The translations under genes were made by a program, and so were the position numbers. The notes beneath the pieces are model-generated. The model was not told the origin of the DNA, ran no database searches, and saw nothing but the letters and a program-made list of their open reading frames with translations. Of a stretch of DNA of 57,417 bases, positions 16,852 through 26,880 are shown piece by piece; the first letter of the stretch is position 1; every line of letters starts with the position of its first letter. Source of the DNA: Bacteroidota bacterium (lineage in GTDB: Bacteria; Bacteroidota; Bacteroidia; NS11-12g; UBA955); NCBI GenBank assembly GCA_046301955.1, contig JBKCJE010000006.1:1-57417 (forward strand). Reading direction: 5' to 3'.

Positions 16852-17400
16852 ATGAGCAACTCAAATAGTTTGGTTTCAAGGGTAATCGACAAGCTACATC
16901 AGCACAAGGCCAAGGATTTTGGCAAACTTCGATATGCCCCAAATTTCGAAAAAGCCAAGCGGTTTGTCTTGTGTTGGGACAGCCAGCGGACCCCCGCAGA
17001 AACCCAAGCCATCAAAGCCTACATCGAAACGTTAAAGGCAATGGGCAAACAAGTGGTGCGGATTGTGTATTTCAATGTCAAAACGAAAGAAGAAACCCCG
17101 TTGGTTCCAGAAGTCAACACATATCATGTGGGCCGCTGGGATTTTGACCGAACGGGATTCCCCAAATCGGAAGATTTGAAAAACGTGCTTCAATTCGATA
17201 CCGATTTTTTTATATCCATCGATATGGAATGCGAATGGCATTTCATGGGCATGGCAGCAGTGAGCAAAGCGGCTTGTAAAGTAGGTCCATACGACGCCAA
17301 AAACCTGAAGAATTTCGATGTACTCATCAAACCCGCAGAGAAGCACAACGTGAATCAGTACCTTTGCGAACTCAAAGAACACCTCAACAAATTGGCATGA
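16852..17400 (+). CDS. Conserved hypothetical protein
   Basis: The ORF starts at TTG 16843 in the track. The first ATG is at 16852 (MSNSNSLVSRV...). Its stop overlaps the dapA start (ATGA), implying co-transcription and translational coupling. No motif was recognised. Confidence 0.7.
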   Translation: MSNSNSLVSRVIDKLHQHKAKDFGKLRYAPNFEKAKRFVLCWDSQRTPAETQAIKAYIETLKAMGKQVVRIVYFNVKTKEETPLVPEVNTYHVGRWDFDRTGFPKSEDLKNVLQFDTDFFISIDMECEWHFMGMAAVSKAACKVGPYDAKNLKNFDVLIKPAEKHNVNQYLCELKEHLNKLA

Positions 17401-18272
17401 AACAACTCATCGGCACCGGCACAGCACTCATTACCCCATTCAACAGCGATTACAGCATCGATTTTGACGCCTTGGAGCGCATTGTAGAGCAACAAATTGC
17501 TGGCGGAACGGATTATTTTGTCATGTTGGGCACCACTGGAGAAAGCGTAACGCTATCCTCCGAAGAAAAGACCCAAGTGATTGCCTGCATAAAAAAAGCC
17601 ACAGCCGGCAGAATCCCTTTGGTTTTGGGCGTTGGCGGCAACAACACAGCGGCCGTAGTGGAGCAGTTGCAGTCACTAGACACCACCGGCCTCACAGCCA
17701 TTTTAAGCGTGTCGCCCTATTACAACAAACCCAATCAGCAAGGCATTATCTATCACTACACCCAAGTAGCCGATGCATCGCCTTTGCCCATCATTTTATA
17801 CAACGTACCGGGAAGAACGGGCAGTAACATGACCGCAGCCACCCAGTTAACGTTGGCACAACACCCAAACATCGTGGCAACCAAAGAGGCCAGCGGCAAT
17901 ATGGAACAAGTCATGACCATTTTGGCAAACAAACCTGCCGATTTCTTGGTCATCAGCGGCGATGATGCCCTCACCTTCCCCATGCTCGCTTGTGGTGGTA
18001 GTGGTGTAATTTCCGTTATAAACCACGCTTTCCCAAAAACCTTCTCAAGCATGGTAAGAGCTGCGTTGCAGGGCGATTTTTTAGTGGCGCGCAAAGCCCA
18101 TGAAACAGTGCTTGAGTCGGCCATCGCCATATTCGCCGATGGAAGTCCAAGCGGAATCAAAACCATGCTCAACGAAATGGGTTTATGTGGCACTGCGGTT
18201 CGTCCACCACTATGGCCTGTGAACGACCAAGTGGAAGCCAATTTGCGTCGCCTTGCCCACAACGCACAATAA
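17397..18272 (+). CDS. dapA: 4-hydroxy-tetrahydrodipicolinate synthase
   Basis: MKQLIGTGTALITPF...GTDYFVMLGTTGES...YNKP...YNVPGRTG...KEASG are canonical DapA motifs. ATG 17397 overlaps the upstream stop. Confidence 0.95.
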   Translation: MKQLIGTGTALITPFNSDYSIDFDALERIVEQQIAGGTDYFVMLGTTGESVTLSSEEKTQVIACIKKATAGRIPLVLGVGGNNTAAVVEQLQSLDTTGLTAILSVSPYYNKPNQQGIIYHYTQVADASPLPIILYNVPGRTGSNMTAATQLTLAQHPNIVATKEASGNMEQVMTILANKPADFLVISGDDALTFPMLACGGSGVISVINHAFPKTFSSMVRAALQGDFLVARKAHETVLESAIAIFADGSPSGIKTMLNEMGLCGTAVRPPLWPVNDQVEANLRRLAHNAQ

Positions 18273-18278
18273 ACGAAC

Positions 18279-19310
18279 ATGACAAACCCCAACCTCGACC
18301 CAAACGCAAACAATATGAGCAACGCCGACAAAGACGTTGAGAAGGTATTACGTCCAGCCGATTTCGGGGATTTCACTGGCCAGCCCAAGATTGTCGAGAA
18401 CCTGAAAATTTTCGTTGAGGCGGCAAAAATGCGGGGCGAGGCACTAGACCATATTTTGTTGCACGGCCCTCCAGGCTTGGGGAAAACCACCCTAAGTCAC
18501 ATCGTTGCAAACGAAATGGGGAGTAACATGAAAATCACATCGGGCCCTGTTTTAGAAAAACCAGGCGATTTGGCTGGATTGCTGACCAACTTGAACGAGG
18601 GAGATGTGCTGTTCATTGATGAAATACACCGCTTGAGTCCGGTGGTAGAAGAATACCTCTACTCCGCGATGGAAGACTATCGCATTGATATCATGATTGA
18701 CACGGGACCAAATGCCCGAAGCGTACAGATCGCATTGCAACCATTTACTTTGGTGGGTGCAACTACACGAAGCGGCTTGCTAACATCGCCCTTGCGCGCT
18801 CGTTTTGGTATCAATTGTAGGTTAGAATATTACGACGCCGCAACCCTCACCAACATCGTTGGAAGAAGCGCACACATATTGCAATCGCCAATCGTAGAAG
18901 AAGCGGCTTTTGAAATTGCTCGCAGGAGTCGTGGAACGCCGCGTATCGCCAACGCATTGTTGCGCAGAACCCGCGATTTCGCGCAGATCAAAGGTGATGG
19001 CACCATCACTTTGGATATCGCAAAATTTGCGCTCAAAGCATTAAATGTAGATGCCAATGGCTTAGACGAGATGGACAACAAGATTTTGAGCACCATCATT
19101 GAGAAGTTCAAAGGCGGTCCGGTTGGACTAAACACCATTGCCACTGCAGTGGGAGAAGATGCCGGAACCATTGAAGAGGTCTACGAACCATTCTTGATAC
19201 AAGAGGGTTACATCCAAAGAACCGCCCGAGGCCGCGAAGCCACACACCTTGCTTTCAAACATTTGGGCAAATTAGACCACCGGTATCCGGGGGCCAGCAC
19301 GTTGCTTTAA
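18279..19310 (+). CDS. ruvB: Holliday junction branch migration helicase RuvB
   Basis: [15 protein letters not shown]..., Walker [10 protein letters not shown], Walker [10 protein letters not shown], and ...[17 protein letters not shown]. Confidence 0.95.
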   Translation: MTNPNLDPNANNMSNADKDVEKVLRPADFGDFTGQPKIVENLKIFVEAAKMRGEALDHILLHGPPGLGKTTLSHIVANEMGSNMKITSGPVLEKPGDLAGLLTNLNEGDVLFIDEIHRLSPVVEEYLYSAMEDYRIDIMIDTGPNARSVQIALQPFTLVGATTRSGLLTSPLRARFGINCRLEYYDAATLTNIVGRSAHILQSPIVEEAAFEIARRSRGTPRIANALLRRTRDFAQIKGDGTITLDIAKFALKALNVDANGLDEMDNKILSTIIEKFKGGPVGLNTIATAVGEDAGTIEEVYEPFLIQEGYIQRTARGREATHLAFKHLGKLDHRYPGASTLL

Positions 19311-19329
19311 CTTTTTTATTTATCGAGCG

Positions 19330-20451
19330 ATGCCATCGTCTCTGAACCCCGAAAACCAAATCAAAGCCTGGGCCCAAGAATTGGGATTTTTGGCTTGTGG
19401 GTTCGCCAAAGCAGAGAAACTTGATCGCGAAGAAAGCCACCTCGACCAATGGCTTGCCAACGGATTTCATGGCAACATGCAATACATGGAGAACCATCGA
19501 GCAATGCGCCTCGACCCTACCCTGTTGGTACCCGGATCGAAATCTGTGATCAGTTTGGCGTTCAATTACTATCCTGAAAATGCCCATAAAAACTCGAATG
19601 GCACTGAATACCGGGATTTCAGTGTGGGGAACAGCAATACTTCCAACAGCGAAACGCCAGACAAAGCAAATCCATTCAACGAGAACATTCCCCTGATCGC
19701 CAAATATGCTTGGGGTGACGATTACCACCGCGTGGTGAAGGAAAAATTATTCGTGCTGATGGATCGCATCAAAACCTTGTATCCCGAGTTCGAAGGCCGC
19801 GCATTTGTAGATAGCGCACCGGTGATGGAAAGGCAATGGGCGGTAGAAGCAGGACTGGGATGGATTGGCAAGAATAGTTTATTGTTGCGCAAAGGCGTGG
19901 GTAGTTTTTTCTTTCTGGCCGAAATCATCGGCAACATTGATCTCACCCCCGACCAACCCCAAACGGACCACTGCGGTGAATGTACGGCCTGTATCGACGC
20001 ATGTCCCACCCAAGCCATCGTACAGCCCCAGGTCATCGATTCTACGCGATGTATTTCATACCTCACCATCGAAGACAAAACATGGCCTAGCGTTGATTTC
20101 CCAATAACCACTCAGGGCGAATCTCACCCGGCAAATCCGGAGGAATCCTCATCGAAAAACCAAGATACGGGAACCCTGATTCCATTAAATACCGGTCAGT
20201 GGGCCTATGGCTGTGATGTTTGTCAGGATGTATGTCCTTGGAACCGTTTTTCAACGCCGCACAACGAACCTTTGTTTACTCCGCGTGAAATGATTCACTG
20301 GTCGACATCCCATTGGAAGGAAGCTGTGCGTGAGCCCGCGCGCATCAAACCCCAACTAAAAAACTCACCCATGCAGCGCGCGGGCCTGAAAAAACTCGTT
20401 GATCAAATTCAATTGGCCCTTAATTCCCACTCAAAGGCAACACAATCGTAA
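19330..20451 (+). CDS. queG: tRNA epoxyqueuosine(34) reductase
   Basis: GFHGNMQYMENH, AKYAWGDDYH, DSAPVMERQWAVEAGLGWIGKNSLLL, and ferredoxin-type clusters CGECTACIDACPTQAI and CDVCQDVCPWNRF. Two low-complexity insertions are present (see findings). Confidence 0.9.
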   Translation: MPSSLNPENQIKAWAQELGFLACGFAKAEKLDREESHLDQWLANGFHGNMQYMENHRAMRLDPTLLVPGSKSVISLAFNYYPENAHKNSNGTEYRDFSVGNSNTSNSETPDKANPFNENIPLIAKYAWGDDYHRVVKEKLFVLMDRIKTLYPEFEGRAFVDSAPVMERQWAVEAGLGWIGKNSLLLRKGVGSFFFLAEIIGNIDLTPDQPQTDHCGECTACIDACPTQAIVQPQVIDSTRCISYLTIEDKTWPSVDFPITTQGESHPANPEESSSKNQDTGTLIPLNTGQWAYGCDVCQDVCPWNRFSTPHNEPLFTPREMIHWSTSHWKEAVREPARIKPQLKNSPMQRAGLKKLVDQIQLALNSHSKATQS

Positions 20452-23400
20452 AAGTGGTTCCCACTCCCTCCTTGGTCTGGTAAGCAATCTCGCCCCCCAA
20501 CTGCTCCACTATTTTTCTGGATATGGCCAAACCCAATCCCATGCCCGAATTTTTCGTAGAAAAATTCGGAGAGAATATTTTGTCGCGCAGCGACTCCGGG
20601 ATACCCTTGCCATTGTCCCTAAACTCCACCATAACCCGCTTGTCCTTCACACGCAACTCCGCAGCAATCTCACCCGTTCTACCTGATGGAATCGACTGAA
20701 TCGCATTCTTTAGAATGTTCGTAAATACCCGTCCCAACTGCAATGGATCAGCCTGAACAAAAACCTCCTCTCGATCAAATTTCCAAGCAATGGGCATATC
20801 ACTCTCCTTGCTCAACAACAACACTGCATCAGAAACAACCTGCACCAAATTCACCCGCTCCAACTTGGGTTCCGGCATCTTCGCAAAAGAACTAAACTCT
20901 TCTGCCATCTGCGCCAATGAATCAATTTGTCGGATCAACAACTCACTCGTTTTTTGAATTTTATCCTTCAAATGTTCATCATCACGCTGGAGCGAGAACT
21001 GCAAATGCTGTAACGACAAACGCATGGGTGTCAACGGATTCTTGATCTCGTGTGCCACCTGCTTCGCCATTTCCCGCCAAGCACCTTGTCGCTCACTCTC
21101 CGCCAACAAATTCAAACTGTTTTCCAGCTCCACAATCATCTTGTTGTACTCCTTCACCAACAGTCCAATCTCATCGTTTTTATCCCACTCCAAGGGCTGA
21201 TTCCGCTCGCCAATCTTCACCGATGCCAACTGCTTACGGATCAAATTCAACGGCAAAGCAATGCGCTGAGCCACCAAATAGGCAATCACAATCATGATTG
21301 CAAACACCAATGCAAACAAATTGATGATGGTCACCGCGTACTCTGAAATATCGCGATACAAATCCCGTCGGTTAGAAAAATATGGCAAATTCAAATACCC
21401 TTTCACCTGCAAATCCTTGTTCAGCAATGCCGTATAGGAAGAAATGTAATTCAAATCGCCCAGACTTTCATTCACCAAAGATGTGGAAGAACCCAACGCA
21501 TCCATCTTGCGATAAACCCCAGGATTCATCAATCGGCCCCGCACACTCTCCTCAATCAATCGATCGTTCGTAGACACCAACAAAGTGCCATCAGCCCGAT
21601 ACAAGTTGATATCCGTGTTATAATACTCCGCCAAATCATAAACCAACCCCGTTTGGTACTTATCATACACCGCATCGATGTTGATTTTACTGCTCAATTT
21701 TGAGGCGATTTCATGCGTTTTTTGTCGCAACTCATCCTTCTGACTCTCCGTGTAATTTCTCACGAAATAGTTCACCGTCACAAACAAAACCACCAAAAAC
21801 GTGGCGAACACCATCCAAGTCACATACAATTGCAATCGGTTGGAAATAAACAACTCGCCTTGATTGCCCAAGGGCATTCTGCTTCTCAAGTGCTTCAATA
21901 TCTTCACTTTCCTGCCGGTTATCTCACCCATGGCGATCAAACGCTGCCTCAACCACAGCACGAAATAATACAGCATCACCAACACGATACCACCCAATCC
22001 CAAAACCGTAAACCCCGTGAGTGAAGAAATAAAATCGACCTCACTGCGCGATAATACCACTGTGTTTTTGGCACTGTCTTTCAACACGTAATGACTCACT
22101 CCCTCCTGCGTTACAAAACCCGCCAATGAATCGAACGAGTTGGCCAAAGGATAATCCTCTGAACCATACGAATAATTCAGCCGGTTGTTGTTGTAAATGG
22201 CAAAACTGTATTGGTTGTCCGAATACAAAGGCTCCAATACACTGCGGTTAAACAAATCGCTCAAACGCCCTTCCATGGATGACAAACGGGGCGAAAGAAT
22301 CACAAAAAATACCCCGTGATACCCGGCCATACTGCTCACATCAAACCGCCCAATAAAACTACCCTTGAGTTTATAATTGTTCACTTTTACGAAATTGCCC
22401 GTTACTGGCACACAATCTTCGCTCTTGAACAACTGTTGAATGGATGGATAATCATAGGAATTCTCTTGTCGGTAAGAGCGCCCCAAAGCATTAAAATCCA
22501 AGAAGTTGACTTCAAAATCACTGATATAGGGACCGAAATAGAGTTCGCGCAATCGCTTCTCAAATTCCGCCTTGGTTTCGTCGGTACAGGTGTAATAGTC
22601 CACGATTCCTTTATCGCGGAGCAATTGTTTTTCGGTTTGATCTAGCCGAGAAGCCGTTTCTGTATCTGTTCCTGCCAACAGGTTTTGGGCCAATTGGGTA
22701 CGGGTACGCTTCTCTTTGATGGCACTTTCCTCGCCAAACAAACTGCTCACCACAATCCCGGCCAACACTACCCGCAGTACCACTCGGAGCCAATCCTGTC
22801 GGTTCGATAACCACCACTCAAATCCCATCCAAGCGAAAACGAAACCCAACCAATAAGGAAACAATGCCTGCAAATCCCAATTGGTATAAACAAACACCAA
22901 CGGAGGCAATGTATGAGCAACGGAGATCAATCGCACAACCCATGGCTTCTGTTTGTGCAACTCGACCCAGGCAAAGCCATACATGCGATAAAACATCACC
23001 CACTGGGCGGCCAAGATGATGACAGCCACAAAGGAGAATAGACCCAAACGATGGAATTGCTGAAAATCGAGGTTGATCTGTCCGTCCTGAACCAAGTTCA
23101 CTCCATTGCGCAACAACCAAACCAATACCCACAGGCTGGCTTGCATGAATAGGTTTGCCGCTATGAAAGGCCCCAACTCCCAGCGGGTTTTCCCAACCCA
23201 TTGTTCCAGCCATCGCACCAAACTACTGAGAAAAAATAGACCCAAACCGGTGATAAATATCAGATGTCCGAGCATGCCACCACTCCACCCTGAGTAAAAC
23301 AAATCCGCAGAGAAAAAGGGAGTTTCGCTCAATCCCATGAGGGTATAACCACGATCGAACAGCACATATACACCCAACCACGACAGGGTAATGGCAATTA

Positions 23401-24097
23401 CTACAAACACATGTGATTTTTCAACTTTAAAAAGCGTTAAGAACGCCATGCTCACCAAAAGGCAACCGGCTAAAAATAGCAAATCAAACCAAATGGGGTG
23501 CTGATAATTCTCTACTACCAAATAGAACAACTCTACATCAGGCACAATAACCGGCGTAGAATTCTCAACAGGATTGCGTGAGATTGAATACTCTACTGGC
23601 GTGGGATCTTGAAATCCACGGTTTTGGGTATAGGAAACCGATTTAGCCTCAATGAGGGGCAACACATAGGCGAAAGACTTTCCATCGCGACGTGCATGAT
23701 ACACCGCCACATACCAATTTCCTTGCCGTTGCAGTTCAACAGATTTTTCAAAGTTGGGAGAAATCTGATAATTCTGGGTTGACCAATAAACGGGGTTTCC
23801 AAACTCAAACACGAAAAAATCAATGTTCTTTTGCTTGAGCGATTGGGCGTATTTGGCGTAACCATTCCACGAAAGATGGGTGCTTTTTAACAGCAGCTGT
23901 TCTTGGCGATTGATTGAATCATCTACAGCATTCACCATCGCCGCAGCATCCACCATCGCCAACTCAATGGCATCTGAGCGCGACTTCAGTCCTTTTTCGG
24001 CACCCAGATTTTGTTCGCGCACCATGAAGACTTGGGACACCGCGATCAAAATCGCACCCAAAAAAATCAACAATGTATTGCGTTGAAACAGATTCAT
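20420..24097 (-). CDS. Large multi-TM sensor histidine kinase (HAMP-HisKA-HATPase_c module, NtrY-like C-terminal half)
   Basis: 1225 aa with an N-terminal signal anchor, a periplasmic region, about 10 predicted TM segments, a second extracytoplasmic region and a HAMP-like linker. The H-box is REMAKQVAHEIKNPLTPM. The ATPase boxes are FTNILKNAIQS, FRDNGKGIP and GMGLGLAISRKIVEQLGG. Confidence 0.9.
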   Translation of the reverse strand: MNLFQRNTLLIFLGAILIAVSQVFMVREQNLGAEKGLKSRSDAIELAMVDAAAMVNAVDDSINRQEQLLLKSTHLSWNGYAKYAQSLKQKNIDFFVFEFGNPVYWSTQNYQISPNFEKSVELQRQGNWYVAVYHARRDGKSFAYVLPLIEAKSVSYTQNRGFQDPTPVEYSISRNPVENSTPVIVPDVELFYLVVENYQHPIWFDLLFLAGCLLVSMAFLTLFKVEKSHVFVVIAITLSWLGVYVLFDRGYTLMGLSETPFFSADLFYSGWSGGMLGHLIFITGLGLFFLSSLVRWLEQWVGKTRWELGPFIAANLFMQASLWVLVWLLRNGVNLVQDGQINLDFQQFHRLGLFSFVAVIILAAQWVMFYRMYGFAWVELHKQKPWVVRLISVAHTLPPLVFVYTNWDLQALFPYWLGFVFAWMGFEWWLSNRQDWLRVVLRVVLAGIVVSSLFGEESAIKEKRTRTQLAQNLLAGTDTETASRLDQTEKQLLRDKGIVDYYTCTDETKAEFEKRLRELYFGPYISDFEVNFLDFNALGRSYRQENSYDYPSIQQLFKSEDCVPVTGNFVKVNNYKLKGSFIGRFDVSSMAGYHGVFFVILSPRLSSMEGRLSDLFNRSVLEPLYSDNQYSFAIYNNNRLNYSYGSEDYPLANSFDSLAGFVTQEGVSHYVLKDSAKNTVVLSRSEVDFISSLTGFTVLGLGGIVLVMLYYFVLWLRQRLIAMGEITGRKVKILKHLRSRMPLGNQGELFISNRLQLYVTWMVFATFLVVLFVTVNYFVRNYTESQKDELRQKTHEIASKLSSKINIDAVYDKYQTGLVYDLAEYYNTDINLYRADGTLLVSTNDRLIEESVRGRLMNPGVYRKMDALGSSTSLVNESLGDLNYISSYTALLNKDLQVKGYLNLPYFSNRRDLYRDISEYAVTIINLFALVFAIMIVIAYLVAQRIALPLNLIRKQLASVKIGERNQPLEWDKNDEIGLLVKEYNKMIVELENSLNLLAESERQGAWREMAKQVAHEIKNPLTPMRLSLQHLQFSLQRDDEHLKDKIQKTSELLIRQIDSLAQMAEEFSSFAKMPEPKLERVNLVQVVSDAVLLLSKESDMPIAWKFDREEVFVQADPLQLGRVFTNILKNAIQSIPSGRTGEIAAELRVKDKRVMVEFRDNGKGIPESLRDKIFSPNFSTKNSGMGLGLAISRKIVEQLGGEIAYQTKEGVGTTFTIVLPLSGN

Positions 24098-24113
24098 GCA
24101 GTTCGGTTTAATT

Positions 24114-24121
24114 CAAAGATA
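24114..24121 (-). promoter_or_regulatory. Candidate -7 promoter box TATCTTTG for the histidine kinase gene
   Basis: Minus strand reads TATCTTTG-N16-ATG (24097). Confidence 0.45.
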
Positions 24122-24147
24122 ACCCTTTCCACGCACGATGGAGACAT

Positions 24148-25122
24148 TTAGAGGTATCGGTGTGGTTGCAAATAACCTTGCACGTAATCGGCCACGGCCA
24201 CTTCCAAGGGTGTAAACGGCTGTTTAAAGCCCGCCGCAATTAGGCGCTGCATATTGGCCTGTGTGTGGTATTGATAGCGATCGCGAATATCCAAAGGCAT
24301 GTCTACAAACTGCACATTTACGGGTTTGTCCATTGCCGAAAAAACGGCTGTCGCCAAATCCAAAAAGGTTCTACACTCGCCTGTTCCAAGGTTATATAAC
24401 CCATTGTTTTTTCGGGTAACAAAGAAATGGATGAGTACCGAAAGTACATCCTTTACGTAAATAAAATCGCGCTCTTGCGTCCCATCCTCGTAATCTTTGC
24501 GATGGCTTCGAAACAACGACACACAGCCAGCGGATTGGATTTGATTGAAGGCATGATAAACCACCGAGGCCATACGGTCTTTGTGGTATTCGTTCGGACC
24601 GAAAACATTGAAAAATTTGAAACCCGACCAAAATGGGGGCGTATTTCCGGACAGAACCTGTTCCATCACCCACAAATCGAAACGATGCTTGCTATTGCCG
24701 TAAGGATTGAGCGGCTGTAGGGCATTCAATGAATCGGGCGCATCGGAAAAACCTTGACTACCATCGCCATAAGTGGCCGCAGAAGATGCGTAAATCATTG
24801 GAATACTGTGCTCAACGCATACGTTCCAAATGGCTTGCGAATAATCAACATTGAGCGATTGCAGTAATTGCTCGTCGAACTCATTGGTTTTGGTACGCGC
24901 TCCAATGTGAAAAATGAACTGCACTTTTGATGCATGTTGGGGTAACCAACGCAAGAAAACACTGCGTTCGATACGTTGAAATAAAGATTTCCCCGCCAAA
25001 TTGGGGGTTTTCTCGGGATGGGAAAAATCATCCACCGCCACCAATTCACCGTAGCCCAATTGCTGCAAGTGACCCAGCAAGGCCGAGCCAATAAATCCTG
25101 CCGCTCCGGTTACAATGATCAT
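24148..25122 (-). CDS. hldD: ADP-L-glycero-D-manno-heptose 6-epimerase-like NAD-dependent epimerase
   Basis: The MIIVTGAAGFIGS Rossmann start, IFHIGA, and YASSAATYGDGSQGFSD...LNPYGNSKHRFD follow E. coli HldD by eye. The exact substrate is not provable from sequence. Confidence 0.75.
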   Translation of the reverse strand: MIIVTGAAGFIGSALLGHLQQLGYGELVAVDDFSHPEKTPNLAGKSLFQRIERSVFLRWLPQHASKVQFIFHIGARTKTNEFDEQLLQSLNVDYSQAIWNVCVEHSIPMIYASSAATYGDGSQGFSDAPDSLNALQPLNPYGNSKHRFDLWVMEQVLSGNTPPFWSGFKFFNVFGPNEYHKDRMASVVYHAFNQIQSAGCVSLFRSHRKDYEDGTQERDFIYVKDVLSVLIHFFVTRKNNGLYNLGTGECRTFLDLATAVFSAMDKPVNVQFVDMPLDIRDRYQYHTQANMQRLIAAGFKQPFTPLEVAVADYVQGYLQPHRYL

Positions 25123-25211
25123 CGCAACAAACCTACAACGATTTTTTCACCTGTGAAACCCCCGATGTACATTCCATTCTCCCAACGGATTGCCGTATAA
25201 TTGCAGTAGCA

Positions 25212-26489
25212 ATGAGTCAGAAAAAACAGAATCTTACGGTATACATTTTGGTGGCCATGGTGGTAGGGGCGGTGGTTGGACAATTGATCCACGCCTATTT
25301 TCCAGAAACCATCCAAATCAAAGACGCCAGCGGCGAATTAAAATCGATCGTTCGCTCAGAGTATATCGGACAGTATTTCAAGATTCTCACTTCGGTCTTT
25401 CTGCGATTGGTTCAAATGATCATTGCCCCATTGGTGATTACTACTTTGATAGTTGGCATTGCGAAAATGGGCAATTTGAAGGCGGTTGGTCGCGTGGGTG
25501 GCAGATCCATGATTTGGTTTTTCAGTGCCTCCTTGGCGTCATTGTTGTTGGGCTTGATGTTGGTCAACTTCTTCGCTCCAGGTGCGGCTTTAAAGTTGAA
25601 TGTGAGCGGTTTCGATACCAGCGCGGCGAGCGATGTCATTGGAAAAACACAGAGTTTTTCGGTGCAGCATTTTATCGAGCACTTGTTTCCCAAGAGTTTG
25701 TTCGAGGCGTTGGCCACAAATGAAATCTTGCAAATTGTGGTTTTCTCAATCTTCTTTGGCGTGGCCCTCACGCAATATGGCGAAAAGGGCGATGGCATTG
25801 TGAAGATGCTCGACAACCTGAGTAAAATCATCTTGATTTTGGTGGGTTATGTGATGTGGTTTGCACCGCTGGGCGTTTTTGGTGGCATCACAGCGATTAT
25901 TGCCACCAAAGGACTGGGCATTCTCAAAGTGTACGGTTACTATATGGGGTCGTTTTATGTGGGCTTGGCATTGCTTTGGATATTGTTGCTCACCGTGGGT
26001 TATTTCATCCTACGCAAACGGTTAACCACCCTACTCAACCACTTAAAAACGCCGCTCATGGTGGCCTTTAGCACCACATCCAGCGAAGCCGTTTTCCCCA
26101 AACTCACCGAAGAATTGGAAAAATTTGGGTGTCGCAAAAAAATTGTCAGCTTCATCCTGCCGTTGGGCTATAGTTTTAATTTGGATGGGTCGATGATGTA
26201 CATGACTTTCGCCTCCATTTTCATCGCGCAAGCCTACGGAATCCCACTGGATTTGGGTACGCAATTGACTATGTTGTTGGTATTGATGCTCACTTCTAAA
26301 GGCATCGCCGGGGTACCCCGCGCCTCGTTGGTGGTTGTTGCTGCGACTTGTACGATGTTCGATATTCCTGCGGAAGGCATCGCTTTGATATTGCCCATAG
26401 ATCATTTCTGCGACATGGGAAGATCCATGACCAACGTGTTGGGAAATGGATTGGCTACGGCGGCCATCGACAAGTGGGAAAAGGATTGA
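25212..26489 (+). CDS. Dicarboxylate/amino acid:cation symporter (DAACS family, GltP/DctA-like)
   Basis: 425 aa, polytopic. AFSTTSSEAVFP, LPLGYSFNLDGS and TSKGIAGVPRASLVVVAA are family signature segments. Confidence 0.9.
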   Translation: MSQKKQNLTVYILVAMVVGAVVGQLIHAYFPETIQIKDASGELKSIVRSEYIGQYFKILTSVFLRLVQMIIAPLVITTLIVGIAKMGNLKAVGRVGGRSMIWFFSASLASLLLGLMLVNFFAPGAALKLNVSGFDTSAASDVIGKTQSFSVQHFIEHLFPKSLFEALATNEILQIVVFSIFFGVALTQYGEKGDGIVKMLDNLSKIILILVGYVMWFAPLGVFGGITAIIATKGLGILKVYGYYMGSFYVGLALLWILLLTVGYFILRKRLTTLLNHLKTPLMVAFSTTSSEAVFPKLTEELEKFGCRKKIVSFILPLGYSFNLDGSMMYMTFASIFIAQAYGIPLDLGTQLTMLLVLMLTSKGIAGVPRASLVVVAATCTMFDIPAEGIALILPIDHFCDMGRSMTNVLGNGLATAAIDKWEKD

Positions 26490-26490
26490 T

Positions 26491-26841
26491 ATGAGTGAAT
26501 CGCCCAGCGAATGGACGGCAGAGTTGCCGAGCAGCCTCACCCAAGAATTGATTTTGGGTGTGAAAGACCAAATCGAAAAAGACTTTGGCTTGATGGGATT
26601 TACATTCACAGAACCGCTACCGCTGGACTTAGAATCGCTGCTGCCAGAACTCACAGAATGCATCGCCCAACTGCAACAAAACCACCACGGAACATGGATG
26701 AAGGTGGTTTATCGGGTAGATCTCACCGAAAAACAATACAAATTTGTGCAACGCATGGGCGGCAACACCCCCGAAAACATGGCCAAAGCGGTGGTATTGC
26801 GCGAATTCCAAAAGGTTTATACCCGCAAGCATTTCAGTTAG
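26491..26841 (+). CDS. Hypothetical small protein, possibly translationally coupled to the symporter
   Basis: ATG 26491 lies 1 nt after the symporter stop (TGA 26487..26489). 116 aa, acidic N-terminus, no motif recognised. Confidence 0.6.
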   Translation: MSESPSEWTAELPSSLTQELILGVKDQIEKDFGLMGFTFTEPLPLDLESLLPELTECIAQLQQNHHGTWMKVVYRVDLTEKQYKFVQRMGGNTPENMAKAVVLREFQKVYTRKHFS

Positions 26842-26880
26842 TTTGTTAATTCAGCCGTATTTGGCGAAATTTGTAATCTT

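Noticed and set aside
17756-18490. 244-aa minus-strand ORF.
   Set aside because: It is fully antisense to the strongly supported dapA and ruvB genes. It has no motifs and its composition is typical of a reverse-frame shadow.
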